The translations under genes and the position numbers were made by a program. The notes beneath the pieces were generated by a model that saw nothing but the letters and a program-made list of their open reading frames with translations, was not told where the DNA came from and made no database searches. A DNA stretch of 64,000 nucleotides from assembly GCA_963693365.1 (NCBI GenBank), contig CAVNZM010000005.1, positions 12,547,728 through 12,611,727 on the forward strand, read 5' to 3'. Shown here piece after piece: positions 27,311-39,250 of the stretch (its first letter is position 1; each line of letters starts with the position of its first letter). Source of the stretch: Amoebidium appalachense. Lineage: Eukaryota > Protista > Ichthyosporea.

Positions 27311-29225
27311 CGTGTGCGTGTGCGTGTGCGTGTGCGTGTGCGTGTGCGTGTGTGCGTGTGTGTGTGTGTGTGCGCGCGCGCGCGCGTGTGCGTGTGCGTG
27401 TGTATGTGTGTGTGTGTGTGCGTGTGTGTGTGTGCGTGTGTGTGTGTGTGTGCGTGTGTTACTTCACATGGTACACACACAGGCAATACTTGTCATGACC
27501 TCCACATCCAAATATACCATCCCCGCTCCTCCTCCCCCCCCCCCCCCCCCCCCCCCCCCCGCGCACTCCTATCCCTCCCTCTCCTCATTTTTCACACGCC
27601 ACGGGCTCCATAAAGAGCTATCTAATCCCTCAAGCTATCCCCATTCCCCACCTTTCCCTCCCCCTCCCCCCAAGCCCCCCCCCCCCCCCCCCCCCCCCTC
27701 CCCCCCCGGCCCGGCCACCACCACCACCATCACCACCACCAAAGTACCCTCCATCCGTCCCTCCCCACCACCACCCACCCACCCGGATAGTCCCCTGTCC
27801 CAAAAGATAACCTTACCCCTCCCCCTCCAGCCCCCTCCCACACCCCCACCTGCGGAAGCACAGGCCACACACTCTGTTGCCCAGCACCCTCCTGATGGTG
27901 CATACGTCACAGAACACGGACCCACACAGCCGGCAGTGGTGCCGCCGACGTGTCAGCGTGAACGGCCGCTTGCACTGTGTCACGTGGTTAGGAACACGTG
28001 CTAGTCACATGCTGATATAGGCCCACACCATAGCAACCAACACACATGGGAAACAAACGTGAGATGGGAAACCACTACATATTAGGATCTGAGTCTAGAA
28101 AAAAGAAGGGCAAAAACGACGTGGTGTAACTTTGTGTACTTCTCTGGTTGCTGTGAGAGGATGTGGGGGGGGGGGGGGGGGGGGGGGGGGGGGAGGAACA
28201 AAGTAACGAATAAGGTGGGCAAGGGGGGGGGGGGGGGGGGGTTCTGTGAAGGGGAAAAAAAGTGACGAATGGGAGGGGAGGTGGGGTCCAGTAAAGGTAG
28301 GGGAAAAATTAGCGAACACGGAAAATGGGGAGATTAGAAAAAGAACGAAAAGAGCGACGACAAGGGGAGGGGAGTTTCTGTGAATGGGGTACAAGAGTGA
28401 CGGGTGGGCCCCGGGGGGGAAGGGGGGGGGTGGGGGGGGGGTGGGGGGGGGGGGGGGGTTCTAAACCTGGTTGCACTCGGGGTTATGTTCATCCCTAGCC
28501 CAGTGTATGCTCCTAGGTCCCACCATCATCTGCTTGAGCTGTAACAAGGTGCGTTAGCCCACATACAACGTGCACTACATTCTCTTCTCTTGCATCCCCA
28601 CAACAATTACCACCCGAATTTCCTTGCAAAAGCTTCCCGATCCCCTTTTCACATCTTTACCACCCTTCCACTCCTGCCTCTTCCACACACACCCTTCCTA
28701 TACCTCGTTTCCGTTTCGGCATTTGCCTTGCCGTCAGCGCTCTTCTCTTCCCCTACCCCCTCCACATAACCCCCCCACCCCACCCGCTCGTTCTTCACTG
28801 TTGCCTCCCCCAAATACACAACAGCACATAAACAACCCATCCCAAGCACCAACCACCCCCTCATACCCTGCGGCTCGAGCTCTTTTCAACCCACCCATCA
28901 TCCCCACACAACCACAACACACACGTAGACATTTCCTCACACCACCCAGCACCCCAGCAGCCCTTCCCCCTCCCTCCCATATCCGCCCCACCCAGCCAAC
29001 TTACACCGCCCTCCCTACCTTCCCCCATCCCCGCCCCCTGAGCCTCCCCCTCACCCCCCCCCATCCCCTTCCCCCTCACACATACGCACACACGCACACA
29101 CTCATATCAGCCCCACCCAACCATCTTCATCCCCCCCCCCCCCCTCCCCCCTCCCCCTCATCCCCATCCCCTTTTCCCTGTACCTCCCCCTCCACCCCCT
29201 CCCTGTCCCATCCCCTCCCCCCCTC

Positions 29226-29256
<31 letters not shown>

Positions 29257-29776
29257 ACCTGGGCCCTGGTGAAGGGCACATCGCTGCTTGCACTATCCAT
29301 GCTGCCCAGACTGGCCGTGCCCACCGTCTGTCCGTCCTCCCTCTCTGCCTGCAAACGCCGCTGCTGCTCCCTGCAACATCAATAGTTCAGTAACTGTGTG
29401 CATGGTGCATAGTGTACAAGTGGGTTAGAACCAGGCATGAATTACAACCGTGAATGGGTTAGAACCATGAATAGCCCCACACCCATCAACCTAGCTGCCT
29501 CGTTCTACGTCAAACCCACTGCACACACTGTGAGCTCTATCCCTGCATCCATCCCACACGATTTGCCTGTGTTTCATTCCCCGAAGGGAGGGGATGGCGG
29601 TGGTGTGTGTGTGTGTGTGTGTGGGGGGGGGGGGCTAAAATGTGAATTCACCTTTGACAGTATGGGGGGGTTAAGAGAAAACGGACTGAATATGTGTGTG
29701 TAGGATATGGAAGGCCGGGAAGAAGGAAGGGAGGAAGAGCCGGGGGGGGGGGGGGGGGGGGGGGTGCACAGAGGGG

Positions 29777-29816
<40 letters not shown>

Positions 29817-30677
29817 TTGTACATTTCTAGGCGCTGCTTGCACAGGCGCATGGCTGGGGCCAGGTGGGCCAGCAGTCTGGGGTTGCCGCTGAGGGCCACC
29901 CTGTGTGTTGCTATGGCCGCTAGCAGCTTGAGCCGGCCCTCTTGCAGCTGCTGGAACGAGTGCAGGCTGGTGGAAAACTGGCAGTCCCCCTCTGTGCACG
30001 CAGTGGAAGATGTGTGTGTGCCCGTTTCAAGCCTCCTTTTGCTCAAGGACATTGCATTTCCTGACTTTAATGCTCCTCCCCCTCCCCCCACCCTAACCCA
30101 CCCATCCACCCCAGCCACACTCCTCGTCCCCTCCCCCCTCCTCCTTTCTCTCCCTCCTCCCCTCTCTCCTCAACACCACACCGCCGAAAGCACCGGCAGC
30201 ACTTACTCACTCAGTTTCTGCTTCCCATCCCACAGCATACCCTCCCCCTTTGTGAGTTTCTGGTGCATCACAGCCACCATGCTAGGTCACCGACTAAACT
30301 GGTGGTCGTCCACCTATTTTCCACAAACACCAGATTCACACTAGAACCTCCTCCAAGTCCCACCCATCTTGTATCTGCTACCACTGCTTCTTTCATGAAG
30401 CACGGACTTTAGAAAAAAGGAATCCAATTTTCACCTCTCCCCATACACATCCCACCGTCCATCTGTAACCCCAGCCCCTCTTTCCACATCCCTCTCTCCC
30501 CCCCCTCCCCCCCTCCCCCCCCCCCCCTCTTGCTACACACCACCACCCAACCCTTTTCACCCGCCTCTCCACACCATGCACCGACACACACCCTCCTTCC
30601 CCCATCTTCGTCCCCCCCTTCCCCCCCCACACTTTCTCCCCCCCCTCCCTTCCCCTCATCTCCCCCGTACCTCCCCC

Positions 30678-30715
<38 letters not shown>

Positions 30716-30983
30716 ACCTCCCCCGCGCTCCGCTCCCTCCGTCGCCCTCCAACCAACCCACCCAAGAACCCTACCTGAGAGGGTAGCCACGGCACTGATG
30801 GGATAGTAGTGGACCTGAGCCTCTGTGCGTGTGCGCAGGTCCAGACGCCACAGCCCAGCTGGACGCAGCACAAAGTCGTAGACGTAGCCATAGGGGGGGC
30901 CATCCCCACTGCAGGTCTCCTGGGTGCATGTCTAGGGTCACGCAGCGTGTTAATATCCTTGTTAAAAAGGGGGAAGGGCCTTT

Positions 30984-31022
<39 letters not shown>

Positions 31023-31187
31023 CTTGCTTCATCAGAGCGCTGAGTTGATCTTTTATGCAAAAGGCCGAGTGGCGAGCCCCCGGGGGGGTGGGGAGGGGGG
31101 GCGGGGGCGGGGGCGGGGGGGGGGGGGGGGGGGGGGGAGGGGGGAGGGGAGGGGGAGGGGGGAGGGGGGAGGAAACGGGTCGCGGGG

Positions 31188-31219
<32 letters not shown>

Positions 31220-31355
31220 GAGGGGGGGGGGGGGGGGGGGGGGGGGGGAGGCGGGGAGGTTAGACGGCAGTATACAGTATCAACTACACTTTCAAACGGT
31301 ATTGTGGATGTCGGGAAAAAAGTCACAGAGTATGCAACATACAAAGAGGGCCGGG

Positions 31356-31406
<51 letters not shown>

Positions 31407-31544
31407 ATGGGGCATTACCAGAAGTGTGCTGAAGTACCACTCGGCATACTGCTGCTCCGCCTCTCCTCCGAGTGACGCTACAGCCTCCCCAAGGTCTTCT
31501 CCCTCATGCCCTCCACTCACACCGTTGGCCTCAGTGCTAGCCAT
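9107..31544 (-). CDS. 36-exon gene: FYVE + coiled coil + TM segments + ABC1/UbiB atypical kinase + serine beta-lactamase-family domain (about 1350 aa)
   Basis: Manual GT-AG model with compatible phases at every junction. Approximate exons: 31439-31544 (MASTE), 30775-30908, 29822-29991, 29259-29370, 28467-28538 (WARD), 27850-27974 ([18 protein letters not shown]), 27207-27262, 26996-27017, 26392-26525, 25697-25819, 25142-25223, 24417-24511, 23894-24064, 23097-23203, 22438-22507, 21438-21517 ([12 protein letters not shown]), 20829-20907, 20158-20270 ([14 protein letters not shown]), 19387-19432, 19079-19223 (ELDFNHEA), 18298-18454, 17696-17810 (ADPHSGN..LLDFG), 16792-16994, 16136-16276, 15415-15561, 14762-14861, 14324-14410 (FSVTK = SxxK), 13672-13763, 13201-13342 (LCHQAG), 12501-12662 (YH), 12010-12123, 11627-11730, 10919-11038, 10483-10565, 9975-10063 (WGLGF), 9107-9276 (GHPGMGGS..stop). 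Confidence 0.85.
17081..17215. repeat. 30-bp intronic tandem repeat, about 4 copies
   Basis: GTGTGTGTGTGAATGTGTGTGGGTGTATGT repeated head to tail. Confidence 0.8.
21798..22251. mobile_element. Intronic MITE with 29-bp perfect TIRs (termini CACT(C/A)TGGGG, Transib-like)
   Basis: TGGGGTGGTAAGAGAAGGAATGGCATTTG (21803) and its exact reverse complement ending at 22246. The TSD is degenerate, so the superfamily is uncertain. Confidence 0.7.
25513..25718. repeat. 42-bp tandem repeat (5 copies) spanning an exon/intron boundary
   Basis: Core CCAGTGCATACCTTTGATAT at 25519, 25560, 25602, 25644 and 25686; copy 25560 has a C>A change. Confidence 0.9.
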
Positions 31545-32062
31545 GCTCTACCCCACCCACCTATGGGCCATTAATTGGCTAATTACCCATCAAGTCACTA
31601 TCTTTTATGTAACAATACAAAACACCCCGTTCTCAAGCTTCCATGCGTGGACTTTAGTCACCATTCACTTGCGGTTTCAAGTTTGCCTTTTGTGACTGAG
31701 ACATTGACAGAGACTGACTTTTGTGTTGTGCCGTTGTGAATTTTTTTGAAGTGTCATGATCTAAACCAACCAATCAGCGCATTGAATCACAAAGTGGTGC
31801 AGGCGTAGCCAACATAATCTACTGAAGTGGAGGTGTGTAAGGATTGTGATCGTGTGGCTCACTCAACATGCCAAGCCTTGTTGTACACAAGTAAAGCTTT
31901 GTGTGAGCTTCTGATGTGAGCGCGTAAGAAGCTGCCTTTTTATAAATATTCCTAGTTTTAGTTCTTTATTATTTTATGTATTTCATTGTAGCGCGTTTTA
32001 GAGTTAAATACGCAATCGCGCCCCTAGTACACCCAGATTATGCCATGTGAGGCAGGGCAAAA

Positions 32063-34335
32063 CCCGATGGTGCACGATTAGCCAATCAGATGGGTTTAGC
32101 ATTTTTGACTTGTTTCACCTTGTGCACACCGTCATAAAAGCCGGCACAAGTCATTCACAACTTTCCGTATGAAGCTGCTGTGTTCCGTATGCTAGCTATT
32201 ACAGTTTTCTACCATGCAAAGCTTGCTCGAGGTTATGCTGTGAATATCAAGCTCTAACTAACAATGCGTACATACGAGGCAGTTTTTGTGGCTTGTTTGT
32301 AACCACTGCTACTGCTGCCACATTCGGTGTTTGACTGACTCAGAGTTAGACTGTGACGGTACTTCAAGCACGGTGTGTCGCATACAAGCAAAGAGGTTGC
32401 CTTGTAAAGATTTAATTACTTTTACGCGTGCTCTTTATTTTTAGCCCGCAAGTGCATCATTGCACATGCTGCCACAATACAATAGAGTGCTTCTCCTTTT
32501 AACTGCCACACGACACACACTCCCAATTTCACTTGTAGCCTGCAAAGTTGAGAAAGAAACGAGAACATGGAAAAGCTACCAAAATTCGTCTACGAGGACC
32601 TACATCACAAGGTTTTCATACCCAGCAGCACGAAAAAGAAACAGGCACGGTCTCCAAACGCTCACATGTCTGCGCTTCTGCTCTACCTCGTTTTGGGCTG
32701 CATATGTGTCGGAGTGGTTGTCACGTGCTTCTTTTGTTTCCGCCCGGATGCCAAATGTGCTGAGAAACTCACTCAACTACTTGAAAATGCCCAAGAAGAG
32801 CTTCGGGTTATTGACGTTGATGGTGAGCTTTTATCAAACAGCACGGATCCCTGCCTTCCTGTTACGTGGGTGTATGAAGGTGCAGATGTATCCACGACCA
32901 CCGAGCGAGCTAGAAACACACACGACCGCAAAATTCACGCTAATGCACCCAAGAACATCAGCCTTCAGGTGCAAGGGTTAAAAGTCATGCAGGCGGAGAA
33001 TGAAACGTCACTCCTCATGCACGCCATGCACCCGGGCATGCGCATCATAGAGTGGGGCAGTGGTGGTTCTACCTTGTTCATGACCCAGCTTGGGGTAGGG
33101 ATACACTCCATCGAACACAATTACGCATGGTATGAACTCGTCCGCACAAAACTCGCAAATGTTTCTCGCTCAGGTAGCAATGCTGCACGTTACATGTATG
33201 TTCCCCCAAACATACCTTCCAAGTTGGTAGACGTGTGGAAACGCCCAAGCGAATACGCAACCTACAGGAGTTATATTCGTGCTGGAAGAAGATGGGCACA
33301 ATGCGGGAAAAACGGCCCTTTGTTCTTTGACTTGGTGTTTGTAGACGGTAGGGCACGCCCACAGGTAGCAGTCGAGTCGGTGTTCCTTGCAAACCCACTA
33401 CGTTTTCGTGACTTTCGTGTTGTGTGGCACGACACATACACAAGTACCAACGCGCCTACGCAAAGGGAGTATCATGTGAGAGAGCACTATTTGTTTGCTC
33501 TGCAGTTTTTTGATGTTGTGCAGAGGGTAGCAAGTATGGTGCTGTTGCAGCCAAAAAAAAAACTTCTTTGATTTGGTTACAACACAGGCTGCATGGCCTG
33601 ACTGGTGGTGTGGCCACGGTGTCGTGCCTGATGCAAGGTGCAGTAGGCTTCCCTAGCTTGTAAAGCATGTATGGTGAGGTTTATTTGACAAGTTAATAAC
33701 AATACTAATCCCCTCTCATGTTTTGAGTTTTTTTTAAAAAGTCCTAAAATTGTAAATTCTTTGCTTCATTTTTTTTTTTTTTTTTTTTTTTTTTGGTGGT
33801 GGTGGTGGTGGTGGGGGCCTGGGGAGAGGGGGGGGGGGGGGGGGGGGGGGGGGGGAAGAAGGTGGTCTTTTAGCCGAACACATGCAAAACTAAGCTAGCA
33901 AAAATAATTTTAATCTTGCTGGAACCTTACAGTATGAGCAAGAAAATCAATGCTGCCTGTAATGACAATTTGCCTCTGAAAATTTCATTGTATAAGTAAT
34001 CTTTTTCCGTTGAATGTAAACTCTGAATAATGATCGCAATGTACACAGTTCAAGAAGCATAAACAGAAATTTGCTATAAACCCCCCGTCAACATGGTTTC
34101 AATAAAACTTTTTAAACTCTGGAATTGTGTATTATGACAAATGCCGACCCTTCCCTTCCCCCCTTCCCAACCCCCTCCTCCTTTCCCCCGGCCGCCTCTT
34201 CGAAACCCCACCACCGACACCACCACTACCACTACGACCGCTGTAGCACCACCCCCACCACCACCACCTTTACACGGGGGTGACTATAACATTTGCGTGG
34301 TTAACACTATTACACCAAACGCGTCAATATCTAGA
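32063..34335 (+). repeat. Segmental duplication, copy A (paralogous to about 48172-50356)
   Basis: Collinear similarity from the CCAAT-box promoter (CCCGATGGTGCA..AGCCAATCAG) through the CDS to the 3' flank (..ACTATAACATTTG..GTTAACACTA). Confidence 0.85.
32567..33571 (+). CDS. Type II membrane class I SAM-dependent methyltransferase, paralog A; C-terminus lost by +1 shift in an A10 run
   Basis: N-terminal TM helix; IIEWGSGGST (SAM motif I), SIEHN, FDLVFVDGRAR. With A9, as in paralog B, the ORF would extend to TAG at 33654-33656. Confidence 0.8.
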   Translation: MEKLPKFVYEDLHHKVFIPSSTKKKQARSPNAHMSALLLYLVLGCICVGVVVTCFFCFRPDAKCAEKLTQLLENAQEELRVIDVDGELLSNSTDPCLPVTWVYEGADVSTTTERARNTHDRKIHANAPKNISLQVQGLKVMQAENETSLLMHAMHPGMRIIEWGSGGSTLFMTQLGVGIHSIEHNYAWYELVRTKLANVSRSGSNAARYMYVPPNIPSKLVDVWKRPSEYATYRSYIRAGRRWAQCGKNGPLFFDLVFVDGRARPQVAVESVFLANPLRFRDFRVVWHDTYTSTNAPTQREYHVREHYLFALQFFDVVQRVASMVLLQPKKKLL

Positions 34336-34591
34336 ATCTAGAAGAGGGGCGGAAGACGTCGTCCCGGGGTGGGGTGGGGGGTTCCGAGTTTGGAAACTCT
34401 AAAAAGGTTGGCCGGATATACATCGGAAATGGGAGGGGAGGGGGGAGAGGAGATCATGTATGTACGGGGTACGAGGGTAGGGGGGAGGGGCGCAGCGAGG
34501 GAGAGGGGCTGATGGGGGGGGGGGGGGGGGGGGTCGATATCAGGTACGCACACTGAGGGATTGGGCGGAGGGGGCGCCAGGTTTTTGGGGG

Positions 34592-34625
<34 letters not shown>

Positions 34626-34744
34626 AGGGGATGATGAGCTAAAGAACCTGCTTGTTTCAAACTGATCCTTCTCGGTTTAGAGGGCTCACGTGGCTTCATA
34701 CAACAAAAGACGGGGGGGGGGGGGGGGGGGGGGGGGGATGATGG

Positions 34745-35498
34745 AGGGCCGAACCACATCGGCAGAGTCCACTTGCAAAAAGCAGATTTATTCTGCAAAA
34801 GTGGAATTACTCTGCAAAAAGCGGAATTATTTTGCAAGAAGCAGAATTATTCTGCAAAAGCAGAATCACTCTTTTTTTAGCAGAATTATTCTGCTTTTAG
34901 CAGAATTATTCCGCAAAAGCAGAACCATTCTGCCTTCGACAGCAGTCTGAGAATAATTCTGTTTTTAGCAGAATAACTCTGCTTTTAGCAGATTGATTCT
35001 GCTTTTGGAAGAATAACTCTGTATTTAGCAGGTTCAATGATCGAACGGTTTGCAGAATAATTCTGCTTTTAGCAGATTGATTCTGCTTTTGCAGAATAAT
35101 TCGAATTCTGCTCCACTGGCAGGGCCCAAACACATCGGCAGAGTCAAGTTGCAAAAAGCAGAAAATTATTCTGCAAAAAGCAGAATTATTCTGCAAGGAA
35201 CAGACTTATTCAGCAAAAACAGAATCACTCTGCTTTTAGCAGAATTATTCTGCTTTTAGCAGAATTACTTTAGCAGAATTACTCGGCAAAGCAGAATCAT
35301 TCTGATTTTAGCGGAATGATTCTGCTTTTAGCGGAATGATTCTGCTCCAGCAGAATGATTCTGCTTTTAGCGGAATTTTAGCAGATTTACAGAATAATTC
35401 TGCTTTTTACAGATTAATTCTGCTTTTAGCAGGATTCTGCTTTATGCAGAATAATTCTGCTCGCCGCAAGTTGACTCAGCCGTTTTGGTAGCTGTCTG
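34745..35498. repeat. Array of palindromic GCAGAATWATTCTGC motifs, probably a degenerate MITE with a duplicated left end
   Basis: Dozens of GCAGAAT/ATTCTGC half-sites. CACATCGGCAGAGTC.A.TTGCAAAAAGCAG occurs at about 34755 and 35131, with an inverted counterpart GCAAGTTGACTCAGCCG at 35466. No clear TSD. Confidence 0.6.
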
Positions 35499-36438
35499 AA
35501 GGGGTGGATCGGGGGGGGGGAGGGCCCGGGTTCATTTTGATTTGGCGGTGTTCAGGAGTTTTCTCTAAAACAACTATCAATGAGGTTTCCACGAACTTTG
35601 ATTACTAAACGGTTTAGTCACAAGAGTCACAAGACACATGTAGACACAAACTTGTAGAGTACATGAAGGGAGATACAGACACAAGCACACACACACCGGC
35701 AAAATGCCCGCTGTTGTTTTGTACGGGTCTAAGGGAGCAAAGTGCACAGAGGTGTCATGTAAAACACGACTAACACATTAATGAGAGGGCAATCGGAGTT
35801 GTTCACGAGACATTGAAAGATTCAAACAACAACTGATTCTTTATTGTGCTCTCGGTTCCTTTTGTACTTGCGACTTATCACCTTATCACAACTAAAGAGG
35901 GAGAACCAATCGGTTCTATCAGAAGATAGAAAACTACATTCCGACAGAGCATACGCATTCCAACTTCCGATTAAACTAAAGTTTAGAAACTCTTACTTAA
36001 ATAAATGAAGTAATTATACATCTAGTCACTATTAACTCACATATATATTTATGTTCGTCTCTATAAAGAAACTTATTTAAATACATATATTTCCTAATAG
36101 TCGACACTCTCAAAGTGAAGACACTTTGCAATAAACCGAATTCCATATATATCTATTGTCCAATCACAACACACATATATTAATAGACAGGAATGCACAA
36201 CACAATCTACAGATGTACTCGCTCGCGACTATTGGCGAGCCATCCTTTTGAGAACAAAACTAGGCCATTTTGAAATAAAGGAAAGACAACGAGTGAGGCT
36301 AGCCAATCACGCTACCTCTCAGATAAACAGAGGAGAGCAAACAGAAATAAAATACAATAAGGTCTTATCAGGCAAGAGAGCCAGGTGTGCACAGATCTAC
36401 AGATATCTGTGCCCACAGAAACAAGGGAGAGAGAGATA

Positions 36439-36534
<96 letters not shown>

Positions 36535-37351
36535 ACAAAGAAGGAAAGCAGACACGAATACAAACAAGCTAGGACACATACATACTTCAAGGCTCTTGCT
36601 GTCATACATGGTGACGTATTCCAACATCCCCACTCAAGGGGTTGAAGTTTGTGTTCTCGTGTCTGTTGATGTGACGGTAGATGAGGTCCAAACACAGGAG
36701 GGGGGGCCGTCACACTCAAGTTTCCCCACTCGAGGATGCAACTTGAACCGAAGATCCTTGAGGTGGGAAGGAGAGAATCAAAACTGAAGAGGCACACAAC
36801 GACGGTTGCCTCTGAAGACTCGGAACAATAAATCATGGTGGTTATCGTCGATATACATATATAGAGGAAACACTAGTGTATGTGTGACGTGTTGGTGGCT
36901 AATGGTTTATACTGGGGACCACCCAGGTAAACACAAGGCATGAACATCTTGTGGACTGATTTATAGACTGGTGGTCAACCAGTTAAGACACGGGGAAGGT
37001 GCATCCCGTGGACTAGGTTTAGACTGGCAGTCAACCAGCACGCCATGGCTATAGATAATTATTTATACTGGGACGCCATCCCAGTTCGACATATATATAA
37101 AGTCGAATATAGAGGAAAACCAATATATATGATGGGATATGAATATAAATAAACGACGGATGGTGGAGAATAATCCCCACTGAAGATGCACACATATGAC
37201 GATGTAAGACTGAGTCCCCACTGATGAAGAGAAACGATGAGGAGTAGTAGACTTTCGTTGGGAGGCATCTTGATCACCGTAGGTGTGTCAACTGCTGTCC
37301 AGGGCCCCACCTACTATAGAAACCACTCGATGATGAACACCAGTGCACGGG

Positions 37352-39250
37352 TCAGTCACGGAGACTGAGGTTGGCACGGTGTGTGTCGTGGGCCGGACCA
37401 GCCAGAGGCTTGGTGAAGATGTCGGCCAGGTTCTTCTTGGTGTCGATGTAGGTGACAGTGACGTCCCCACTGTGGATGTAGTCCTTGGTGTTGAAGTAAC
37501 GAACGGCAATGTGCTTGGTCCGGTGCTTGATGGTGTTGGAGTGGACCAGAGCAATGGTGGACTGATTGTCACAGTACACGGGGGTGGGCTCGGTCATGGG
37601 GTAGCCCAGCTCCTTTAGTAGATCACGGTGCCAGACAACATCTTGCACGGCAGCATTGAGGGCCAGGAGCTCGGCCTCACAGGTGGAAGTTGCAGTGATC
37701 GTCTGCAGCTTGGAGTGGTAGGTGACGGGGGTGCCTTCGAGGAGGATGACGTACCCAGACGTGGAACGACGGGTGGTGGGGCAACCAGCAAAGTCAGAAT
37801 CCCAGTAGCACTCAAGGATGGGCACCTTGCTGTTGGGGGCCTTCTTCTTGTAGTAGAGGCCGAGGTTGATGGTGCCGAGCAGGTAACGAACGACACGGAG
37901 GAGAAGCTCCCAGGCAGTCTTGGTGGGCTTGGAGCTGAATCGGCCGAGGTAGCCAATGGCATACGAGATGTCAGGCCGGGAGCACCGAGCAACCCACAGC
38001 AGACGGCCGAGGAGTTCACGGTAGGGGACGGTGGTGGGCAGGGATGAGAGGGAGGTCTCGTTGATGATGGTGCCCACGGGAATAGGGGTGGCCTTAGGCT
38101 TGGCATCGACCAGGTTGAAGTCGGTGATGATGTCCTTGATGTAGGAGGACTGCAGCAGCTTGAGGGAGTCACGGGTGTACAGCAGTTGGGTGCTGAGGAA
38201 GATGTCTGGCAGACCGACCTTGCACTCGGCAGACTTCGTGATGTGACGAACAAGCCCCTGCATGATGGTGGAGTGCCGTGTGCAGGTGATGATGGCATCA
38301 TCAACGTAGTTGCCCGAACGGATGATGTGCCCGTTGGGGAACTGACGGAAGTAGACACACGGATCGGAACGGAGACGGGTGAGGCCGTGGGCAATGAGAA
38401 TGGAGTTGAAGAACTCGTACCATGCCAGGGATGCCTGCTTGAGTCCGTAGATGGCCTTCTTGAGTTTCCAGACTTTGTGTTCATTGCCAGGGAGGATAAA
38501 ACCAGGAGGTTGCTCCATGTACAAAGTCTCGTCGAGGGGGCTGTTGAGGAAGGCCGTGCTGATGTCGAGTTGATGGATCTCGTGGTCCTGTTGCACACCG
38601 AGGGCAAGCAGGGCACGGACGGAGGAGGACATGACGACGGGGGAAGAGTTTTCACCGTAGTCAACACCGTAGACTTGGGTGAAACCCTTGGCCACACCAC
38701 GACCCTTGATCTTGGTGTCACCAGCAGAGTTGAGGACCTTCTCCGTGACAATCCACTTGAATCGGATGATGTTGGCATCGGAGGGGGGCTCAACTACGTC
38801 GAAGATGTCCTTGTCGATGAAAGCCTTGTACTCGGCAGTGAGGGCAGTCACCACTTCATCACCCTTGGTGCCAGAGCACAGCTTCTGAATTGACCGGGGC
38901 AGCTGAGACACATCAAGGCTGGGTCGGGAGATGCTCACCATAGCCATGGCAGGCCGGGAGGAGAGACGGGAGGAACGACGGGGCACGGTACGGAGGGCCT
39001 CAGGGGCCGGGGGGGTGTCTGGGACAGACACTCGGTGGTCGGGAATGGGGGCCTGGAAGCCAGGGATGGGTGCCGTGTTGAGGAGGGAGTCGGATAACAC
39101 GGGGCTGGACGGGGCCGAGTGGAACTCCGGAGACCCAGGACGAACCGGGGTGAGATGACCAGGTACGTGGTCATTGACGGCAGGGGCCGGCAGCAGGGGT
39201 TGCTGGCCGGTGGGGGGGGGGGGTGGGTGGAGCCACGGGGGCAGGTACAC
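37352..39250 (-). CDS. Copia reverse transcriptase and RNase H (shift at the G-run near 39212-39223)
   Basis: KGRGVAKGFTQ, QLDISTAFL, LKKAIYGLKQ, NYVDD, YWDSDFAG, RTKHIAVRY, NLADIFTK. Confidence 0.93.
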   Translation of the reverse strand: MYLPPWLHPPPPPTGQQPLLPAPAVNDHVPGHLTPVRPGSPEFHSAPSSPVLSDSLLNTAPIPGFQAPIPDHRVSVPDTPPAPEALRTVPRRSSRLSSRPAMAMVSISRPSLDVSQLPRSIQKLCSGTKGDEVVTALTAEYKAFIDKDIFDVVEPPSDANIIRFKWIVTEKVLNSAGDTKIKGRGVAKGFTQVYGVDYGENSSPVVMSSSVRALLALGVQQDHEIHQLDISTAFLNSPLDETLYMEQPPGFILPGNEHKVWKLKKAIYGLKQASLAWYEFFNSILIAHGLTRLRSDPCVYFRQFPNGHIIRSGNYVDDAIITCTRHSTIMQGLVRHITKSAECKVGLPDIFLSTQLLYTRDSLKLLQSSYIKDIITDFNLVDAKPKATPIPVGTIINETSLSSLPTTVPYRELLGRLLWVARCSRPDISYAIGYLGRFSSKPTKTAWELLLRVVRYLLGTINLGLYYKKKAPNSKVPILECYWDSDFAGCPTTRRSTSGYVILLEGTPVTYHSKLQTITATSTCEAELLALNAAVQDVVWHRDLLKELGYPMTEPTPVYCDNQSTIALVHSNTIKHRTKHIAVRYFNTKDYIHSGDVTVTYIDTKKNLADIFTKPLAGPAHDTHRANLSLRD

